Positions 42,785 through 46,195 of a DNA stretch of 46,195 bases are shown here, in pieces (positions within the stretch are counted from its first letter, which is position 1; every line of letters starts with the position of its first letter). The notes beneath the pieces are model-generated. The model had not been told where the DNA came from and made no database searches. It was given only the letters and a program-made list of their open reading frames with translations. Origin of the DNA: a virus (lineage: Duplodnaviria; Caudoviricetes); the IMG/VR virus record IMGVR_UViG_3300021411_000002, positions 1 to 46,195 of that record. One strand, given 5' to 3'. A program made the translations under genes and the position numbers.

Positions 42785-45461
42785 TGCTGGCGACATTCGC
42801 TCCAAGATGACTCTGGACCGATCGGACTTCCGGACCGGACTGGACGAGGCCAAACGCGAGGCTCAAGAGTTCGTTGACCACGATTATCAGGTTCGATTTA
42901 CCGCACATCTGGATGCCTCTGCAGCTCGGGCCGAAGCCGAGGCATTCCGGGTCGAGCAGTCCCGCAATATCACCATTGACGAGAAGATCAAGACCGATTC
43001 GACCGGTAAAGACGCTAGCGGTCTGGCCAAAGACGCCATTCCCGGCGGGTCCGGCGGCTCCGGGTTCAATCTCTCTCAGATCGCGAGCATCGCGCCCGCC
43101 GGTCTGGGTACGGTCAGCTCTCTGGCGCCGATGCTGGGGATGGTCTCTGTGGCCGCCGGGGGCGCCGGGATCGCGCTGGGCGGCGTGGGAGCGGCCATCG
43201 CCACCCTGCCGGCCTTGGCGTTGGGCGGTGCTGCGGCGCTGGGTTCGCTCAAGCTGGGGATGGATGGGATCAAAAACGCCTCCAATCAGTTGAATCCCGA
43301 AGTTACCAAGCTTAAGACTTCGATGGTCTCAGCGTTCCAAACCGATTTCACCCCCATCTTTAGGCAACTGGGCCCGGTGATCACCGCGATCACCCCGGCC
43401 ATGGTCTCGATGGCGTCTGGGTGGGCATCGTTGGCCCAGGCCGGTACCAATGCGATCTCCGGACCGGGTGGGATCGGCGCGATTACCGGCATCCTGACCG
43501 GGGTTCGGTCCGGCATGCTGGCCGCGGCTCCGGGCGTCCAGGCGTTTACTTCCAGCCTGCTGGGGATGGGTGCGGCCGGCGCGCAGGCGTTGCCGCAGTT
43601 GGGAGCGCAGTTCTCCACGGTCACCAAGAACTTCCAGGCGCTGATCCAGCCTCTGATCCAGTCCGGCGCCGTGACCGGCGCGGTTCGGGACTTGGGTAGT
43701 GCCCTGACCCCGATCGCTCTGGGAATCAATCAACTAGTTGCGGCGGCGATCCCTCTGTCGCCCTTGTTGATCGGGCTGGGACAAATTCTGGGCGGTGTGA
43801 TCGGGCAGATCGCCGGGATGGCGCCGATGCTGGGCCAGGCCGGATTGCAGTTGCTAGCGGCACTGGGCCCGTTGATCCCGGTGATCGGGCAGATCGGACA
43901 AGCACTGGGCGCGATCGTGATCCCGCTGCTATCGGCCTTGGGGCCGATCATCGCCGCACTGGCCCCGGCGTTGGGGGCGCTGGCCCAGACATTGGGGGCC
44001 GGACTGGGCCAAACCATCACCGCCATCGCCGAGCCGCTGGGCCGGATTGCAGAGGTAGTCGGGCCGGCACTGATTCAAATTTTGGCCGCTGCCGCGCCGT
44101 TGGTCGGGACATTCGCGCAGGTGGTCGGGGTCTTGGCGGGGGCGCTGGCGTCCGGAATCGCCGCAATCATGCCGACCATCGTCGAGGTATTCCGTCAGTT
44201 GGTCCCGGTGTTGCAGTCGGTATTGGCCTACAACACCGGGCTTTTCGAGCCGATCATCACGGCTGCAGTGGGATTGATCCAGGCGCTGTTGCCGCTACTG
44301 CCGCCGCTGCTGGACCTGGTCAATGTGATCATGCCCGGCCTGCGCGGAGTCATCGCCGCGGTCGCGCCGGTCATCAGCCAACTGGCCCAGATCATCGGCC
44401 AAGGATTGACCGCAGCGATGCCGGTATTGATGCAGATCGGCAATGCGCTGTCCAACATCCTGGGTACCGCGATCAAGGCGTTGATGCCAATCATCCCCCC
44501 GTTGGCTACCGCGTTCTTTATGATCGTCAACGCATTGCTGCCGATCATCCCGCCGTTGTTGCAGATTGTTCAGCAACTGCTACCGCTGCTTACTCCGTTG
44601 CTGATGGCTCTGGTGCCGGTGATCACGTTGGCGGCCCAGACCATCGCCACGCTGGTGCCGGTCTTGATGCCATTGATCACCATCATCGTGAATCTTTTGA
44701 TGCCGATTATCAAAGCTTTGTTGGACGTAGTTCAGGTCGTATTTACCACCATCGCCAAGGTGATCGGCGACGCTTTGCGGATCGTGACGGGCATCATCCA
44801 GGTGGTGATGGGGCTACTAACCGGTAACTGGCGAGAAGCCTGGAATGGGCTGAAAAACATCGTCGGCGGGGCGTTCGCGCTGATCCGCGATGCGGTGGTC
44901 GGCGGAATCAACATCGTGCTGAAGTTCTTGGGCGGAGTCGGGGGCGCAATCCTGCACGCGATCGGGAATCTGGGCGGTCTGCTGTGGAACATCGGTAAGG
45001 CGATCATCGAAGGTTTGTTCAACGGCATCAAGAACGCCTGGAATGCGGTTACCGGTTTCATCGGAGGGATCGGAAGCTGGATCGCTTCGCATAAGGGCCC
45101 GATCGAGTACGACGCCCAGTTGTTGGTCCCGCATGGTGGCGCGATCATGGGCGGCCTGCTCACCGGGATGGCCGGCCAGATGCCGGCGTTGGGCCGGTTC
45201 CTGGCCGGGGTCAGCAGCTCGATCGCCAACACCACCTTCAGTCTACCGACGCCCACGGTCGGGGGATCGGCCGGGCAAGCCGTGATCAACGCCCTGGTGT
45301 CGATGTCCGGCGTGGGTTCCAACGCCAGTGGTAATCAGGGGATCGCGACCGCTGTGCAGCAGGGCGTGTACAACGCGCTAAACCGAGCTTCCCTGAGTGT
45401 GAGTGGGACCGGAACCGCTAGGCTGGTGGCGAACGGAAACGCCGTCCTGGGTCGGAGGTGA
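42774..45461 (+). CDS. Tape measure protein (possible ATC start; first canonical ATG at 42807)
   Basis: ~890 aa, amphipathic Ala/Leu/Ile/Pro repeats, W-spaced repeats, HKGP..YD..LL; GGAGGTG SD precedes ATC-ACA-TTT-GAT-GCT-GGC. Confidence 0.88.
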   Translation: MTFDAGDIRSKMTLDRSDFRTGLDEAKREAQEFVDHDYQVRFTAHLDASAARAEAEAFRVEQSRNITIDEKIKTDSTGKDASGLAKDAIPGGSGGSGFNLSQIASIAPAGLGTVSSLAPMLGMVSVAAGGAGIALGGVGAAIATLPALALGGAAALGSLKLGMDGIKNASNQLNPEVTKLKTSMVSAFQTDFTPIFRQLGPVITAITPAMVSMASGWASLAQAGTNAISGPGGIGAITGILTGVRSGMLAAAPGVQAFTSSLLGMGAAGAQALPQLGAQFSTVTKNFQALIQPLIQSGAVTGAVRDLGSALTPIALGINQLVAAAIPLSPLLIGLGQILGGVIGQIAGMAPMLGQAGLQLLAALGPLIPVIGQIGQALGAIVIPLLSALGPIIAALAPALGALAQTLGAGLGQTITAIAEPLGRIAEVVGPALIQILAAAAPLVGTFAQVVGVLAGALASGIAAIMPTIVEVFRQLVPVLQSVLAYNTGLFEPIITAAVGLIQALLPLLPPLLDLVNVIMPGLRGVIAAVAPVISQLAQIIGQGLTAAMPVLMQIGNALSNILGTAIKALMPIIPPLATAFFMIVNALLPIIPPLLQIVQQLLPLLTPLLMALVPVITLAAQTIATLVPVLMPLITIIVNLLMPIIKALLDVVQVVFTTIAKVIGDALRIVTGIIQVVMGLLTGNWREAWNGLKNIVGGAFALIRDAVVGGINIVLKFLGGVGGAILHAIGNLGGLLWNIGKAIIEGLFNGIKNAWNAVTGFIGGIGSWIASHKGPIEYDAQLLVPHGGAIMGGLLTGMAGQMPALGRFLAGVSSSIANTTFSLPTPTVGGSAGQAVINALVSMSGVGSNASGNQGIATAVQQGVYNALNRASLSVSGTGTARLVANGNAVLGRR

Positions 45462-45467
45462 TCGTGA

Positions 45468-45592
45468 GTCCATCTATTAGTATCTCATGGACTGTTTCTT
45501 CCTCCCGACACATGCCCTATCCCTATAAATCTGATCTATATGTATCTTCGGGACTGCCAGTCCATGAAATACATATAAATCAGATTTATGGG
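45468..45592. repeat. AT-rich palindromic element D plus upstream inverted half-site
   Basis: 45521-45589 identical to 27860-27928 (69 bp); 45468-45495 is an inverted half-site. Confidence 0.9.
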
Positions 45593-45600
45593 GGTGAGCG

Positions 45601-46195
45601 ATGACGATCAACCGGTATCGGTTCTATGTCGGAGCGCTCGGGTCGATCCAGCCGCTGCCTCCGTTGCCCAAGGGTGCCAACCCTTCCTCGACTCCGGTGC
45701 TGTACGGCGGAATGCACCAATCTCTGTCGGCTCGCACCACGCTGGACGTGTTCGGGTACAAACGCACTTACATCCTGCCCTGGACCTACCTGGCCCGGAC
45801 CGACCGCGCCTACGTCAACGCACTATACCGCGGCGTCGCGCCGGGCCCGTACCGGCTGGTGGACGGGCGCCACTACAACATGCTGGGCACCGATGCCTCG
45901 TCCGGCGGGTCCCAAACCGCCTCGATTGCCTCGTTTACCGTTTCGGCCGGCACATTGGCGTTCAATGCGATCTCGTTGGCCAGCATGCATGCCGATCTGG
46001 CCGGACTGATCCGCGGTGGGCAGGTCTGGACGCCGGCCGCATCCGGCAACACCCTTCTGGCCAACCACTTGGGCGCGGCAGTCGGCGCCGTACCGACCTT
46101 GGTCGGCTCGACCTACAGTTTCAGCGTCTACGCGTCCGGATCGGGAAACCACAAACTAACGATTCAGCCCTACGACATCACCGGAGCCGCGCTGA
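45601..46195 (+). CDS. 5' part of minor (distal) tail protein, continuing into 1..405
   Basis: ATG after GGGGGTGA; MTINRYRFYVG...; no stop before the junction, in frame with ORF 1..405. Confidence 0.7.
   Translation, partial: MTINRYRFYVGALGSIQPLPPLPKGANPSSTPVLYGGMHQSLSARTTLDVFGYKRTYILPWTYLARTDRAYVNALYRGVAPGPYRLVDGRHYNMLGTDASSGGSQTASIASFTVSAGTLAFNAISLASMHADLAGLIRGGQVWTPAASGNTLLANHLGAAVGAVPTLVGSTYSFSVYASGSGNHKLTIQPYDITGAAL
46069..46195. repeat. Terminal direct repeat, copy 2
   Basis: Identical to 1-127. Confidence 0.95.

Noticed and set aside
14800-45592. Palindromes as a CRISPR array, hairpin-telomere sites or att sites
   Set aside because: They are dispersed rather than arrayed, occur in four copies, and no protelomerase, integrase or transposase is recognisable
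46069-46195. 127-bp terminal repeat as a biological terminal repeat
   Set aside because: It falls mid-gene and equals a common assembler k-mer length; best read as a circularisation overlap
1-46195. tRNA genes, introns/inteins, reverse transcriptase or DGR, HD-domain DatZ
   Set aside because: None recognised by eye; tRNAscan and HMM searches are needed to exclude them formally, and small hypothetical ORFs in the Z operon could hide a divergent dATPase

Overview
The window is an essentially complete, circularly permuted genome (~46,068 bp; 46069-46195 repeats 1-127) of a high-GC tailed dsDNA phage, most likely a siphovirus of an actinobacterium. No integrase is visible. Gene order on the + strand: minor tail, membrane and holin genes; a small divergent rusA/HTH unit; recombination and replication genes (PD-(D/E)xK nuclease, Sak4-like ATPase, SSB, primase-helicase, family A polymerase); a nucleotide-metabolism cluster; terminases; portal; an 8 kb head-associated cargo region containing the endolysin; protease/scaffold, decoration and major capsid genes; neck and tail genes; tape measure. 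Main points of interest: (1) a 2-aminoadenine (Z-genome) pathway built on a PurZ0-type synthetase. Unusually, it carries its own adenylosuccinate lyase (PurB), a dATP/dGTP diphosphohydrolase and a dNMP N-glycosidase/dUTPase fusion, with no recognisable HD-domain DatZ. (2) Four dispersed AT-rich ~60-73 bp palindromes, three of which have an extra half-site exactly 62 bp away; one locus overlaps the promoter of a degenerate His-Me/HNH protein. (3) A TTACC-N5-GGTAA operator/promoter motif at 9 perfect and 3 one-mismatch sites, often feeding leaderless genes. All functional calls come from reading motifs by eye; no searches were run.
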